This document shows, piece after piece, positions 18,592 to 28,559 of a stretch of 64,000 nt of DNA; the first letter of the stretch is position 1; each line of letters opens with the position of its first letter. The DNA comes from Escherichia coli (lineage in GTDB: Bacteria > Pseudomonadota > Gammaproteobacteria > Enterobacterales > Enterobacteriaceae), in NCBI RefSeq assembly GCF_030013595.1, contig NZ_CP122768.1. The stretch is one strand, 5' to 3'. Below the pieces are notes generated by a model. That model was not told the DNA's origin, searched no databases, and worked only from the letters and a program-made list of their open reading frames with translations. The position numbers and the translations under genes are program-made.

Positions 18592-19284
18592 ATGAACATA
18601 GGAAACCGAGTCAGACAACTTCGCCAGGCGAAGAACATGAAAATAGCCGATCTCGCTGAAGCAATAGGAGTGGATGCGGCGAATATCTCACGCCTGGAAA
18701 CAGGTAAGCAGAAACAATTCACTGAACAAGCCCTGAGTAATATTGCCAGGAGCTTAGGTGTTGATATTGCTGATCTCTTTACCTCAGACTTCAAAAGTAA
18801 TACTGTATGCAAAAACAGTATTAGTGAGGATGTTGCGCAGGTGAAGGATGTATTCCGTATTGAAATGCTGGATGTCAGTGCCAGTGCGGGAAATGGCCTT
18901 ATCCAGGGCGGTGATGTCATTGATGTGATTCATGCCATTGAATACAGAACTGATAATGCTGTATCGATGTTTGGCGGACGGCCAGCCAATCACATTAAAG
19001 TTATCAACGTTCGTGGGGACAGTATGTGTCCAACCATTGAGCCAGGAGATCTCATCTTCGTTGATGTCAGTATCAATCAGTTTGATGGAGATGGTATCTA
19101 TGTATTTGGTTTTGATGATAAAATTTATGTCAAACGACTGCAAATGATACCTGACAAACTACTGGTGATTTCTGATAACCAGATTTACCGTGAATGGGGA
19201 ATTACCAGCGAAAATGAACACCGGTTTATGGTCTTTGGAAAGGTCTTAATCAGCCAGTCACAAACCCTTAAGCGACACAATTAA
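18592..19284 (+). CDS. CI-type prophage repressor (HTH + S24 LexA-like peptidase domain)
   Basis: 230 aa; N-terminal XRE HTH; C-terminal GDSMCPTIEPGDLIFVD (Ser nucleophile) and later Lys in FDDKIYVKRL. Confidence 0.85.
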   Translation: MNIGNRVRQLRQAKNMKIADLAEAIGVDAANISRLETGKQKQFTEQALSNIARSLGVDIADLFTSDFKSNTVCKNSISEDVAQVKDVFRIEMLDVSASAGNGLIQGGDVIDVIHAIEYRTDNAVSMFGGRPANHIKVINVRGDSMCPTIEPGDLIFVDVSINQFDGDGIYVFGFDDKIYVKRLQMIPDKLLVISDNQIYREWGITSENEHRFMVFGKVLISQSQTLKRHN

Positions 19285-19304
19285 CCCTTACCTCCTCATC
19301 AATT

Positions 19305-19329
19305 AGCCACCCGAAGGTGGCTTTTCATT
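19305..19329 (+). terminator. Rho-independent terminator after cI
   Basis: AGCCACC-cgaa-GGTGGCT followed by TTTCATT. Confidence 0.65.
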
Positions 19330-19804
19330 ACTCATCAAATTGCATATCTCGCAACAAAAACACTTGCATAATGCGCAACTTCATTTTATCTTTCTTTCCA
19401 GACAAACAAACAAGGTACTAACAAAATTTGGTTGTAACACGGCGTATGGCACATGCGTCGTTAGCGGTCTGGGGACGTTAAAGGGGACAATCCACTCCTT
19501 GCTCGGGCAAACAAACCAGGTAGCCGGAATGTGCAAGTCAATGATGATGCTGATAAGACGCCTAACCAGCGTGGCGATTCGGTTTGACGCCTGGGAAGAG
19601 ACCAGGGTGCAACGATGAGGGCATTTATGGAACCGCGACAAAGTGTGGTGCCGTAACTGGCTAAGTGCTCTCAGCGTTGTGGTGAATGCGCAGGCTGATG
19701 CGCGAAAGACATTGCAGATATTGCGGAAAAGAGCTGTTCGGCGGGGCAATTAAATGCCCGTGAGAGTCTGAAATAACCGCAAGCCGGAGATCAGCACCGG
19801 TCAC

Positions 19805-19869
19805 CACAACAGCCACTGCTTTGGCGGTACCAGTTTGTACACTTGCTTCCGGCTGGTACCGTCCTTTTT
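19805..19869 (+). ncRNA. Candidate DicF-like sRNA
   Basis: TTTGGCGGTACCAGTTT resembles the DicF core as recalled; followed by GGTACCAG...CTGGTACC hairpin and CCTTTTT; lies in a ~700-nt stretch with no convincing ORF. Confidence 0.35.
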
Positions 19870-20083
19870 ACAAAACAGAGAAGAGCATCACCGGACGACG
19901 GGCTCATAACCCAATCCATCCGGGCGGCTGCCACCGCAGGTGTTCTTCTCTGTTTTGTGGAGAAACTAACCGCCCCTGCGGGGGCATCTATTGAAACGTA
20001 ATTGACTCAATAATCGCCGGATGGTGAGGGCTTCCTTTTCCCAAAATTCAGCGCGGTGCAGCGCATATAAAGTGGAGAACGAA

Positions 20084-20620
20084 ATGTCATTTATTAAAAC
20101 TTTTTCCGGGAAGCATTTTTATTATGACAAGATAAATAAAGACGACATCGTTATTAACGATATCGCGGTTTCCCTTTCAAATATCTGCCGCTTTGCCGGT
20201 CATCTTTCTCACTTCTACAGCGTCGCCCAACATGCGGTGCTTTGCAGCCAGCTGGTGCCGCAGGAATTTGCTTTTGAAGCTTTAATGCATGATGCAACAG
20301 AAGCATATTGCCAGGACATCCCCGCACCACTGAAACGACTTCTTCCTGACTATAAACGGATGGAAGAAAAAATAGACGCCGTAATCCGTGAGAAATACGG
20401 GTTACCTCCTGTTATGAGCACGCCAGTGAAATATGCCGATCTCATTATGCTGGCAACCGAACGCCGCGATCTCGGGCTTGATGATGGCTCTTTCTGGCCT
20501 GTGCTGGAAGGTATCCCGGCAACAGAGATGTTCAACGTGATTCCACTGGCTCCAGGCCATGCCTACGGGATGTTTATGGAACGCTTTAACGAATTATCGG
20601 AGTTACGCAAATGCGCATGA
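20084..20620 (+). CDS. HD-domain phosphohydrolase, YfdR-like 5'-deoxynucleotidase
   Basis: MSFIKTFSGKHFYYDK... with H...HD motif (AQHAVL ... MHDATEAY); recalled as near-identical to CPS-53 YfdR. Start set at internal ATG of ORF 20021..20620. Confidence 0.8.
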   Translation: MSFIKTFSGKHFYYDKINKDDIVINDIAVSLSNICRFAGHLSHFYSVAQHAVLCSQLVPQEFAFEALMHDATEAYCQDIPAPLKRLLPDYKRMEEKIDAVIREKYGLPPVMSTPVKYADLIMLATERRDLGLDDGSFWPVLEGIPATEMFNVIPLAPGHAYGMFMERFNELSELRKCA

Positions 20621-20973
20621 ATGTTTTCGAAATGGAAGGGTTTCTTCGTGGGAGATGTGTACCGCGAGATCTGAAAGTGAATGAAACGGATGCTGAATAC
20701 CTAGTGCGTAAATTCGATGCGCTTGAAGCTAAATGTGCAGCACAGGAAAACAAAGTAATACCAGTGTCAACTGAACTGCCACCAGCAAATGAAAGTGTTT
20801 TGTTATTTGATGCTAATGGAGAAGGCTGGCTGATTGGCTGGCGTTCTCTCTGGTATACATGGGGGCAAAAAGAAACCGGAGAATGGCAGTGGACATTTCA
20901 GGTCGGGGACCTTGAAAACGTCAATATCACTCACTGGGCAGTAATGCCAAAAGCACCGGAGGCTGGAGCATAA
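20611..20973 (+). CDS. Hypothetical prophage protein (YfdS-like)
   Basis: 120-aa ORF overlapping neighbours in an operon. Confidence 0.55.
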   Translation: MRMNVFEMEGFLRGRCVPRDLKVNETDAEYLVRKFDALEAKCAAQENKVIPVSTELPPANESVLLFDANGEGWLIGWRSLWYTWGQKETGEWQWTFQVGDLENVNITHWAVMPKAPEAGA

Positions 20974-21593
20974 TGACCACATTTACCGATAAAGAACTGA
21001 TTAAAGAAATCAAAGAACGAATCAGCAGCCTAGAGGTTCGAGACGATATTGAGCGCCGTGCTTATGAAATTGCTCTGGCATCGCTAGAAGAGGAGCCGGT
21101 GGCATGGCTGCATTCAGAAAATGGCTTAGGTATTCCGGCAATAACGAGGAGTAAAAACATTGCTGACAGTTGGTTATCAAAGGGCTGGTATGTTCAGCCG
21201 CTATATATAGCCAAGCCAGTGCCGGTGGTGCCAGATGCTCGTCCGTCTTTAAATAATGGCATAGTCGGTTTTGATGAAGGCTGGAACGCCTGCCGCGCCG
21301 CCATGCTTCATGGTGCCGAACCTGTAAGCCAGACTTACAAGTTGAACAAGCTGTCGGGCAACTCTCCAGTAACTCCGGATGGTTGGATAAGCTGTAGTGA
21401 GCGAATGCCGAACGATAAACAGTATGTTTGGTGTTGGGGGAAGCCTTACGGCTGGACTGAGTGCGATACCTTCGAAGGGTATTACGATTGGTCGAGAAAC
21501 AAATGGTGGGCAGTTACTGACGATAGGGAAGAACCGGCATCGAAAGTAACCCACTGGATGCCGCTACCGGAGCCGCCGCAGGAGGTGAAGTAA
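20973..21593 (+). CDS. DUF551-domain prophage protein
   Basis: 206 aa; C-terminal ...VTHWMPLPEPP motif. Confidence 0.6.
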   Translation: MTTFTDKELIKEIKERISSLEVRDDIERRAYEIALASLEEEPVAWLHSENGLGIPAITRSKNIADSWLSKGWYVQPLYIAKPVPVVPDARPSLNNGIVGFDEGWNACRAAMLHGAEPVSQTYKLNKLSGNSPVTPDGWISCSERMPNDKQYVWCWGKPYGWTECDTFEGYYDWSRNKWWAVTDDREEPASKVTHWMPLPEPPQEVK

Positions 21594-21787
21594 TGAACAA
21601 CTTAATGACAACTAAACAAGTCGCCGACTTCTGTGGCGTTTCAGTATCGACTGTTCTTCGCTGGAACAGCGTAAACAGGAGAACTGGCCAGAAATACAGG
21701 CCTGACTTTCCAGATCCTGATATTAAATCCTGCCCAAATAAATGGGCATCACGCAAGATATACAGATTTGCTGGAGTTATTGAGTAA
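21593..21787 (+). CDS. Excisionase/AlpA-like small DNA-binding protein (putative)
   Basis: 64 aa; TTKQVADFCGVSVSTVLRW winged-helix-like; position near int. Confidence 0.5.
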   Translation: MNNLMTTKQVADFCGVSVSTVLRWNSVNRRTGQKYRPDFPDPDIKSCPNKWASRKIYRFAGVIE

Positions 21788-22000
21788 CGTGTATTATCTC
21801 AGATGGGAGCTGACATATCTATGGCACAGACCAAACTAATCTGACAGTCAAGTCTGTGCCAAGAGCAAACGTTGCTAATTTAATGTTAAGTTGTTTCTCT
21901 TGAAGACGATCACGCTATGATACAACCTATAAAATTATCGATATCTGAGAGAACCAGTAAAAAGTTTAAGTCAAGGGTTCTATAAGTGTGTTAATTTATT

Positions 22001-22030
22001 GGGAAGCAATAAGCTTCCCTTCTCTTTATT
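22001..22030. terminator. Hairpin terminator between convergent xis operon and AIPR gene
   Basis: GGGAAGC-aataa-GCTTCCC followed by T-rich tract. Confidence 0.45.
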
Positions 22031-23726
22031 TAGGTACGCTATCAACACTTTTGAGAATCGTTGATGTTAAAGGCTGCGACTTTAGTAAGTCTCGAGAAAT
22101 ATCCGGATCTGGTATAGCTATTTTTACTAAACTCTCAAGTTTTTCAAACCACTCCCCATCATTCATTGAGAATAAGTTATGAAGAGCTTCATTTTTATTT
22201 TTGAACCCCCAAGCCTTATAATTATTACCACAGTATTTTGACGCAGCAGTTAGAATATGCCAGCGTAATTTTGAATACTTCCCATCAAACCTCTTATTTG
22301 AGATAAGAGCCTTTAGCCTATACAAGCAATAGCAAGATATATAATAATCATCCTCGAGGGCATCGGAAGAGAAAACCTCATTAAGTAAGTCACCAGTTAA
22401 CCTATTTGGATAACGACTGGAATAATCTGGTCTCATCATAACAATAGCAGCATATGCTCGCGCAACTTCTCTGATATCAAATATGCGTACTGGAGCTATA
22501 CTTTCTGAACTATACTGCCCCTTTCTTCTCTCAAAATAAATTTTATTTCCTTCAATAGCACCTTTAGCATTAAAATAATGTTCTAATTCCCTTAATTTTT
22601 TTAGCGTTGAAATGAACTGTGCATCTTCAACTTTAGATTGTCTATTCGTAGCTCGTACAATGTCATCAAGGATCGCTGGCTCATCGGTTTCAATTAATTT
22701 AATCATTAAACTAACTGATTCATCTACTTGAATGTCTTTTGATATAAGAACATTAGACGTTTGACATCCATTAACAATTTGAAAATCTCGTATAAAAATT
22801 TCTTGCCCTGCAGGCCTCACGCTTGATGCAACTATTGTCACTCCATTATTCATTAAACCAAATCTTGCTTTTTTTCCATCAGTATCTAGTGTTCCTGCAA
22901 TTTCTGAATTTACGTCACCATCAATTCCCAGAAAATCTCTAACATTTTCTTCGAATAATTTTTTTCGAGGGTTTCCATTTTTGTCTTTAAGTATAGAATC
23001 AATAAAACTACGAGCTTTGACTGTAGCTACATAGGCATTATTAATATTAGGGGCCGCTGGGAATGGAGCATAGCCTATTGTAGGAAGTTTAGCTTCTATT
23101 GGACCTTCCGCAGCAAGCCAAAGCTCATGAATCATGTCTTTGTGAGCCATAATGAAGGATGTTTCATGTGAAAACCCGAGTGACTTTAAGCTTTTTTCAC
23201 CCGATGCAAATGCAGCTTTTATTTCTCTGGCCTCTGTATTTTGTGCAGCACTAAAAAAATATGCGTATAAGTCTGGAAGGCCATTTTTGACTCTGCCGAT
23301 ATTAGCAAATATCAAGTTGAACATTTTTTTAAAGTCCGCTAGATATTCACTGTGGGGTTGTTGTGGCGCTGGTGAAAGATAATCTCTTATTGACGCAATG
23401 TAAGAGTCTATTTCCTGTTTGCTCCACTTCTCCGATGACTTAGCTTGCGTGAATACTAATGAAACTTGAAACTCGCGACGTGAGTTTTGGAAAATCTCCT
23501 GAAGTTCTTCAGTTGAAAAAATGGCTCTGTCGTCTAAAAATAAAAATGCTCCATCAATACCAGGGTCCGGGCCTTCATACACAAGATCACTGACCTCAAC
23601 TTTGTCGCCTGAGTATTTTGAAAAAGCACAATAGTTCACAAACGCCTCAAAATTTTTGGTCTCCTCATAGGGCGCAGCGAATGCTTTGCAAAAGGCATCG
23701 AAATAAGATTTCGTGACTAAATGCAT
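22026..23726 (-). CDS. AIPR-family abortive infection protein
   Basis: 566 aa from ATG at 23726 (AAGGAG Shine-Dalgarno 7 nt upstream); FGLMNNGVTIVASSV ... FQIVNGCQTSNVL resembles the AIPR core; very AT-rich. The ORF-track N-terminal extension is translation of AT-rich upstream DNA. Confidence 0.7.
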   Translation of the reverse strand: MHLVTKSYFDAFCKAFAAPYEETKNFEAFVNYCAFSKYSGDKVEVSDLVYEGPDPGIDGAFLFLDDRAIFSTEELQEIFQNSRREFQVSLVFTQAKSSEKWSKQEIDSYIASIRDYLSPAPQQPHSEYLADFKKMFNLIFANIGRVKNGLPDLYAYFFSAAQNTEAREIKAAFASGEKSLKSLGFSHETSFIMAHKDMIHELWLAAEGPIEAKLPTIGYAPFPAAPNINNAYVATVKARSFIDSILKDKNGNPRKKLFEENVRDFLGIDGDVNSEIAGTLDTDGKKARFGLMNNGVTIVASSVRPAGQEIFIRDFQIVNGCQTSNVLISKDIQVDESVSLMIKLIETDEPAILDDIVRATNRQSKVEDAQFISTLKKLRELEHYFNAKGAIEGNKIYFERRKGQYSSESIAPVRIFDIREVARAYAAIVMMRPDYSSRYPNRLTGDLLNEVFSSDALEDDYYISCYCLYRLKALISNKRFDGKYSKLRWHILTAASKYCGNNYKAWGFKNKNEALHNLFSMNDGEWFEKLESLVKIAIPDPDISRDLLKSQPLTSTILKSVDSVPK

Positions 23727-23982
23727 AAAAACTCCTTTCTGAAATAAGATAAGTTTATTAGAAACAACAAGATAAAGATAAAGATAATAGTAATACAAGT
23801 TAAAGACATACTGCATCACATAAGTTGGTCAAGATCAATAAATCAATAAGGATCCCCTATGTTTTATGTATTGTTGATAATTCTATCACCTCTTACTTCT
23901 GGTCTAAGCGTAACCTACTCAAGAATGCCATTGAAAATGTCCACTGTTCGCTCAAAACAGACTGTCAGGGCTACGCAAGCTG

Positions 23983-25206
23983 TCAGGTAGATTCTGGGCC
24001 AGTACAAGTAACGATCGATTCAACTCTCTCCCACCATGCCTGATATGCTTTACGCTGTTCTTCTAGATAATCGCTCTTGTCATAAACCTGCCAAACCCCT
24101 GGCAGTTTATGGCCGAGCATTATTTCTGCAATATGAGGAGCAGTAAGATCAGAAAAGTTTGTTCGTGCTGTTCGCCTCAAATCATGAAGAGACCAATGAG
24201 GGAATTGATGCCCCAAACGCCTCCATGCGTACTGCATTAAATTGTAAGGCAGCGACTGCAATGATGTTCGACCAACGGGTTCCCTGCTTCCTTCCTTAGT
24301 AAAAAGCATATCGGAACCATTGTTCATAGAGATAGCGTTCTTTATAAGCTCCTCCACCGGTTCAATAATGGGCCTCTTTAGCGGTTCGCCTGTTATCTCT
24401 CCAGTCTTATGTCGTTCTGGTGGTACAGTCCATACCTTATTAATGAAATCAAAATCGCCCACCCTGGCAGTAATTAGCTCTGAACTACGGCAGCCAAAAT
24501 GCAGCAATAGCTTAATGAAGGCCCGGTATTTAGGAACCATTCGAGAACCATCGATCGCAGAATAAAGGATTTTAATTTCATCATGTGTCAGAAACCGTTT
24601 CTTCTGACCTTTACGGATATCCATATCTTTACCCGTGATATCCGACAGCGGGCGAGTTTCAATGAGCTTTCTCTTATACGCCCAGACATGGGCCTGCTTT
24701 GCGTTAATTAGCAATCGGTCTGCTATTGCTGGAGTCTTAGTGCTAAGAGGCTCCAGGACTTCTAACCAATCATGCAATGTAGCTGCATCGTGAGGGATAT
24801 TCCCGATTTTAGAGAACAGGTGCAGCTCAAACGAGCGGAGTATCTGTTCAGAACCTTTTTTATTTTTTACACAATATGCTTCATACCAGGCACGGATCAC
24901 AGACTCTACCGTCATGGCTTCAGTAGCTTTTCGTTTTTCAGCCTGCTTGACCAATCGTGGATTACGGTTTGACTCAAGTTCACCACGGAGACGGATAACT
25001 TCTTCTCTGGCCTCTTTTAATCCAGTTGCCGGGTAAGTTCCGATATCAAGACGCTCACCTTTCCCTGCCCATTGATAACGATATTGGAACACTACGCGAC
25101 CTTTCGGTGATACTCTGACAGACAGACCATCACGATCGGATTTAACCAAAACCTTATCACGTTCCTTTCCAACGACTGAACGCAACCACGCATCAGACAA
25201 CGCCAT
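23983..25206 (-). CDS. Tyrosine integrase (P4-type)
   Basis: 407 aa; C-terminal catalytic region HDLRRTARTNFSDL ... HIAEIMLGH ... VYDKSDY. Confidence 0.9.
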   Translation of the reverse strand: MALSDAWLRSVVGKERDKVLVKSDRDGLSVRVSPKGRVVFQYRYQWAGKGERLDIGTYPATGLKEAREEVIRLRGELESNRNPRLVKQAEKRKATEAMTVESVIRAWYEAYCVKNKKGSEQILRSFELHLFSKIGNIPHDAATLHDWLEVLEPLSTKTPAIADRLLINAKQAHVWAYKRKLIETRPLSDITGKDMDIRKGQKKRFLTHDEIKILYSAIDGSRMVPKYRAFIKLLLHFGCRSSELITARVGDFDFINKVWTVPPERHKTGEITGEPLKRPIIEPVEELIKNAISMNNGSDMLFTKEGSREPVGRTSLQSLPYNLMQYAWRRLGHQFPHWSLHDLRRTARTNFSDLTAPHIAEIMLGHKLPGVWQVYDKSDYLEEQRKAYQAWWERVESIVTCTGPEST

Positions 25207-25214
25207 TACTCACC

Positions 25215-25272
25215 TTGTACAAATCGCAAAACACCTCTGCTGTTTTGTACATTATGTACAAGCATATGTACA
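25215..25272. repeat. Four TGTACA-containing repeats beside int (candidate arm-type integrase sites)
   Basis: TTGTACA (25215-25221), TTTGTACA (25244-25251), TATGTACA (25253-25260), TATGTACA (25265-25272). Confidence 0.4.
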
Positions 25273-25426
25273 GATTTTTGATGAAAGCAAACTGATCGAT
25301 TTAAAGTTACATGAAAGAATTTTCAATTAAAGAAGCCACATAACCAAATGTATTTAAATGAGTTATATAGCTCAAGCTCAATTAACTGAAAGGATTTTGA
25401 AAGAGTAAAAGAGCTTTAATTTGGGC

Positions 25427-25501
25427 TTAATTATTGGGGTGAGAAATAATGGCAAAAGTGCGGCGCTTCGCCACCTCTTGCAAATAAGGAGACAACGTCA
25501 T
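25427..25501 (-). pseudogene. prfC: prfC 5' fragment (codons 1-22) truncated by prophage insertion
   Basis: Minus strand reads [22 protein letters not shown] then NN-stop; the host P-loop ...SHPDAGKTT is broken after P22 at 25435/25436. Confidence 0.8.
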
Positions 25502-25590
25502 AATTCTTTCTTCTTGAGTAAGCGGCATCGCGCCGCGCTTGTTGAAAACGAAAAATTGCGGCTATTTTACCCATCAACGGGGGGAGGCAA

Positions 25591-26268
25591 TCAGTGTTTA
25601 CACAGGAGCTGCTCCAGTTCGTGCAACGAAGAAACGGTCCAGGTAGGCGCGATGCCTTCTGGTTGCTCGCGATTGTGCGCATTCAGCCAGCAGGTCGCAA
25701 GCCCGGCGTTGATGCCACCGAGAATATCGGACTCGGCAGTGTCGCCAACCATCAGCACGCGTGAACGGTCAGGATTGCCCGCCTGTTCCAGCGCATAATC
25801 GAAAATTTTCTTATTCGGTTTGGCAACGCCAACTTCTTCGGAAATCACCAGCAAATCGAAATAATCACGCAGGCCCGTGCGTTCCAGACGCACTTGCTGC
25901 AAGGCGCTAAAGCCGTTGGTGATGATGCCAATTTTAGCGTTGCCACGAATGGCGTTAAGCAGAGAAACCGCGCCCGGCAGCGGCGTACAGATTTCCGCCA
26001 TCGCATTAATAAAGGCTTCGTTGAGTTTACCCGGCTCGACGTTCAGCCGTTCGGCCCAGCTCTCAAACCGCCCGTGCTGAAGCTGTAATGAAGTGATCGC
26101 GCCGTTTTGATAATCCACCCACAGTGGCTTGTTAACGGCCTGATAGTCCTGAAAATCTTCAGCGGTAAAGGTGACGCTGTAATCAAGAAACATCCGCTGC
26201 AGGCCGGTGAATGAGTCAAAGGTAAACAGCGTTTCATCGGCATCAAAGAAAATCCAGTCCCACTTCAT
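25591..26268 (-). CDS. yjjG: Pyrimidine 5'-nucleotidase YjjG (HAD family)
   Basis: 225 aa [15 protein letters not shown]...; K-12 synteny. Confidence 0.95.
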   Translation of the reverse strand: MKWDWIFFDADETLFTFDSFTGLQRMFLDYSVTFTAEDFQDYQAVNKPLWVDYQNGAITSLQLQHGRFESWAERLNVEPGKLNEAFINAMAEICTPLPGAVSLLNAIRGNAKIGIITNGFSALQQVRLERTGLRDYFDLLVISEEVGVAKPNKKIFDYALEQAGNPDRSRVLMVGDTAESDILGGINAGLATCWLNAHNREQPEGIAPTWTVSSLHELEQLLCKH

Positions 26269-26282
26269 TATTCCACCTTGTC

Positions 26283-26729
26283 TTACATACTGATTGGCAA
26301 CGCCATGATGATGGCGTCTTCGCGACCGTCCGTGGTGGGGTAGTAATTGCGGCGAATTGTCGCCTCGTTAAAGCCTAAACTTTCGTACAGGGCAATGGCG
26401 GCAGCGTTTGAAGCACGGACTTCCAGCCATAGCGTCGCCACGCCGCGTTTTTCCAGTTCGTCGATCAGATGTTCCAGCAGCGCCCTTCCCAATCCCTGAC
26501 GCTGATAGTCAGGATCGACCGCAATATTGAACAATGTAGCTTCATCCAGCACCACTTGCGTAATCGCAAACGCCGCCATTTTGCCGTTTTGCGTTAACTG
26601 AAAGTTGAGATAACGCTCGCCCTGATTACTGGCAAAGGTTTTTTCACTCCACGGAAAGGCGTGGGCGCGTTGTTCAATGTGGTAAGCCGCTGGTAAATCA
26701 GTCGTTTCGAGGGAAGAAATCGTGTTCAT
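26283..26729 (-). CDS. rimI: Ribosomal protein S18 alanine N-acetyltransferase
   Basis: 148 aa GNAT protein; K-12 synteny. Confidence 0.95.
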   Translation of the reverse strand: MNTISSLETTDLPAAYHIEQRAHAFPWSEKTFASNQGERYLNFQLTQNGKMAAFAITQVVLDEATLFNIAVDPDYQRQGLGRALLEHLIDELEKRGVATLWLEVRASNAAAIALYESLGFNEATIRRNYYPTTDGREDAIIMALPISM

Positions 26730-27111
26730 ATGTGCAAATTTGTTGCCATAACGCGGCGCGTGCCGTTGGGTTTGCCCGTAATTCGGTGAGCGCCGGTGAT
26801 GCCACCTGAGCGCCTTCCAGTGATAGCGGTTCGTCAGTACCCAACCGCCAGCTGTTGCAGCGACTGCCTTGCGGCAGCATCGCGATTTTTTCTGGCGTCA
26901 GTTGCAGCACTTGATCGGGGCTGACGGTTAATGCGCGCAGAACATCGCTCACTAAAGGATCGGTCAGGGCGGGAAGATCGTTTGCCACCATCACCAGACG
27001 GACGTGTGCCGGGATCGCAATGGCAATCTCCCCCTGCAACGCGCCAGGGCGACGCAGCGACCACTGGGTAATGCCCAGTTGCTGTAACTGCCAGTCTCGT
27101 CGGGATGTCAT
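26698..27111 (-). CDS. holD: DNA polymerase III psi subunit
   Basis: 137 aa; overlaps rimI start as in K-12. Confidence 0.95.
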   Translation of the reverse strand: MTSRRDWQLQQLGITQWSLRRPGALQGEIAIAIPAHVRLVMVANDLPALTDPLVSDVLRALTVSPDQVLQLTPEKIAMLPQGSRCNSWRLGTDEPLSLEGAQVASPALTELRANPTARAALWQQICTYEHDFFPRND

Positions 27112-27213
27112 AGCGAATCGCTCCTGTTGTCAGGGGCGCAAATATAGCAAATTCGTCGATACCGCGCCAACATATGGCTATAATCGCCGCCAGTATCAAT
27201 TGAGGAGCATTCC

Positions 27214-28245
27214 ATGTCTGCATTTACCCCGGCAAGTGAAGTCTTGCTGCGTCACAGTGATGATTTCGAACAAAGCCGTATTCTTTTTGCCGGAGACTTA
27301 CAGGATGACCTGCCCGCGCGTTTAGATACCGCGGCCAGCCGTGCTCATACCCAGCAATTCCACCATTGGCAGGTGTTAAGCCGCCAGATGGGGGATAACG
27401 CCCGTTTTAGTCTGGTCGCCACGGCGAATGATGTCGCAGATTGCGATACGTTGATTTACTACTGGCCGAAGAACAAACCGGAAGCCCAGTTCCAGTTGAT
27501 GAATTTACTTTCTCTGCTGCCGGTGGGCACGGATATTTTTGTCGTTGGCGAGAACCGCAGCGGCGTGCGCAGCGCCGAGCAGATGCTGGCAGATTATGCG
27601 CCGTTGAATAAAGTGGACAGCGCTCGTCGCTGTGGCCTCTATTTTGGTCGTCTGGAAAAACAGCCGGTGTTTGATGCCGATAAATTCTGGGGCGAATACA
27701 GCGTCGATGGCCTGACGGTCAAAACGCTGCCGGGCGTGTTTAGCCGCGACGGTCTGGATGTCGGTAGCCAGTTGCTGCTCTCGACGTTAACTCCGCACAC
27801 GAAAGGTAAAGTGCTGGATGTCGGCTGCGGCGCGGGCGTGCTTTCGGTTGCCTTTGCGCGCCATTCACCGAAAATTCGTCTCACTCTGTGCGATGTCTCT
27901 GCGCCAGCGGTAGAAGCCAGCCGCGCAACACTTGCGGCCAACGGTGTTGAAGGTGAAGTCTTTGCCAGTAACGTCTTTTCCGAGGTGAAAGGTCGTTTTG
28001 ATATGATCATCTCCAACCCGCCGTTCCACGATGGGATGCAAACCAGCCTCGATGCGGCGCAAACGCTGATTCGCGGCGCGGTGCGTCATCTTAATAGCGG
28101 CGGCGAGCTGCGAATTGTAGCGAACGCCTTCCTGCCTTATCCGGACGTGCTGGATGAGACATTTGGCTTCCACGAAGTGATCGCGCAAACCGGGCGCTTC
28201 AAGGTGTATCGCGCCATTATGACCCGCCAGGCGAAGAAAGGTTGA
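27214..28245 (+). CDS. rsmC: 16S rRNA m2G1207 methyltransferase
   Basis: 343 aa; methyltransferase motifs ([15 protein letters not shown]). Confidence 0.95.
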   Translation: MSAFTPASEVLLRHSDDFEQSRILFAGDLQDDLPARLDTAASRAHTQQFHHWQVLSRQMGDNARFSLVATANDVADCDTLIYYWPKNKPEAQFQLMNLLSLLPVGTDIFVVGENRSGVRSAEQMLADYAPLNKVDSARRCGLYFGRLEKQPVFDADKFWGEYSVDGLTVKTLPGVFSRDGLDVGSQLLLSTLTPHTKGKVLDVGCGAGVLSVAFARHSPKIRLTLCDVSAPAVEASRATLAANGVEGEVFASNVFSEVKGRFDMIISNPPFHDGMQTSLDAAQTLIRGAVRHLNSGGELRIVANAFLPYPDVLDETFGFHEVIAQTGRFKVYRAIMTRQAKKG

Positions 28246-28257
28246 GTATCTGATATC

Positions 28258-28295
28258 TGTCGCCGCATACCGTGTCGGATGCGGCGTACACGCCT
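28258..28295. repeat. REP-like palindromic element
   Basis: CGCCGCAT ... ATGCGGCG palindrome with REP-type GGATGCGGCG core downstream of rsmC. Confidence 0.45.
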
Positions 28296-28444
28296 TCTCT
28301 GACCGACAAACGAATTATCCACAATCCGCTGATGGACATTTTTCCAGCAATTACACCTCCGGCGATAATTAACTATTGACGAAAAGCTGAAAACCACTAG
28401 AATGCGCCTCCGTGGTAGCAATTCTTTTTAAGAATTGACGGTAT

Positions 28445-28531
28445 GCGAAGGTGGCGGAATTGGTAGACGCGCTAGCTTCAGGTGTTAGTGTCCTTACGGA
28501 CGTGGGGGTTCAAGTCCCCCCCCTCGCACCA
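28445..28531 (+). tRNA. leuQ: tRNA-Leu (CAG)
   Basis: 87 nt GCGAAGGTGGCGGAATTGGTAGACGCG...CCTCGCACCA; anticodon loop UUCAGGU. Confidence 0.95.
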
Positions 28532-28559
28532 AAAACCACGTTGATATTGCTCGCACTGG

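Noticed and set aside
19340-19749. ORFs 19340..19618 (+) and 19381..19749 (-) as possible N-like or early-left genes
   Set aside because: They overlap each other on opposite strands, lack Shine-Dalgarno sequences and have no recognisable motifs; the region looks like structured non-coding DNA/RNA.
23727-23819. N-terminal extension of the AIPR ORF (MMQYVFNLYYYYLYLYL...)
   Set aside because: Tyr/Leu-rich translation of AT-rich promoter DNA; an ATG with AAGGAG Shine-Dalgarno at 23726 is the credible start.
25421-25798. ORFs 25421..25798 (+) and 25431..25682 (-) spanning the att junction
   Set aside because: They cross the prophage/host junction, the prfC fragment and the yjjG 3' end in wrong frames or antisense; explained by prfC and yjjG.
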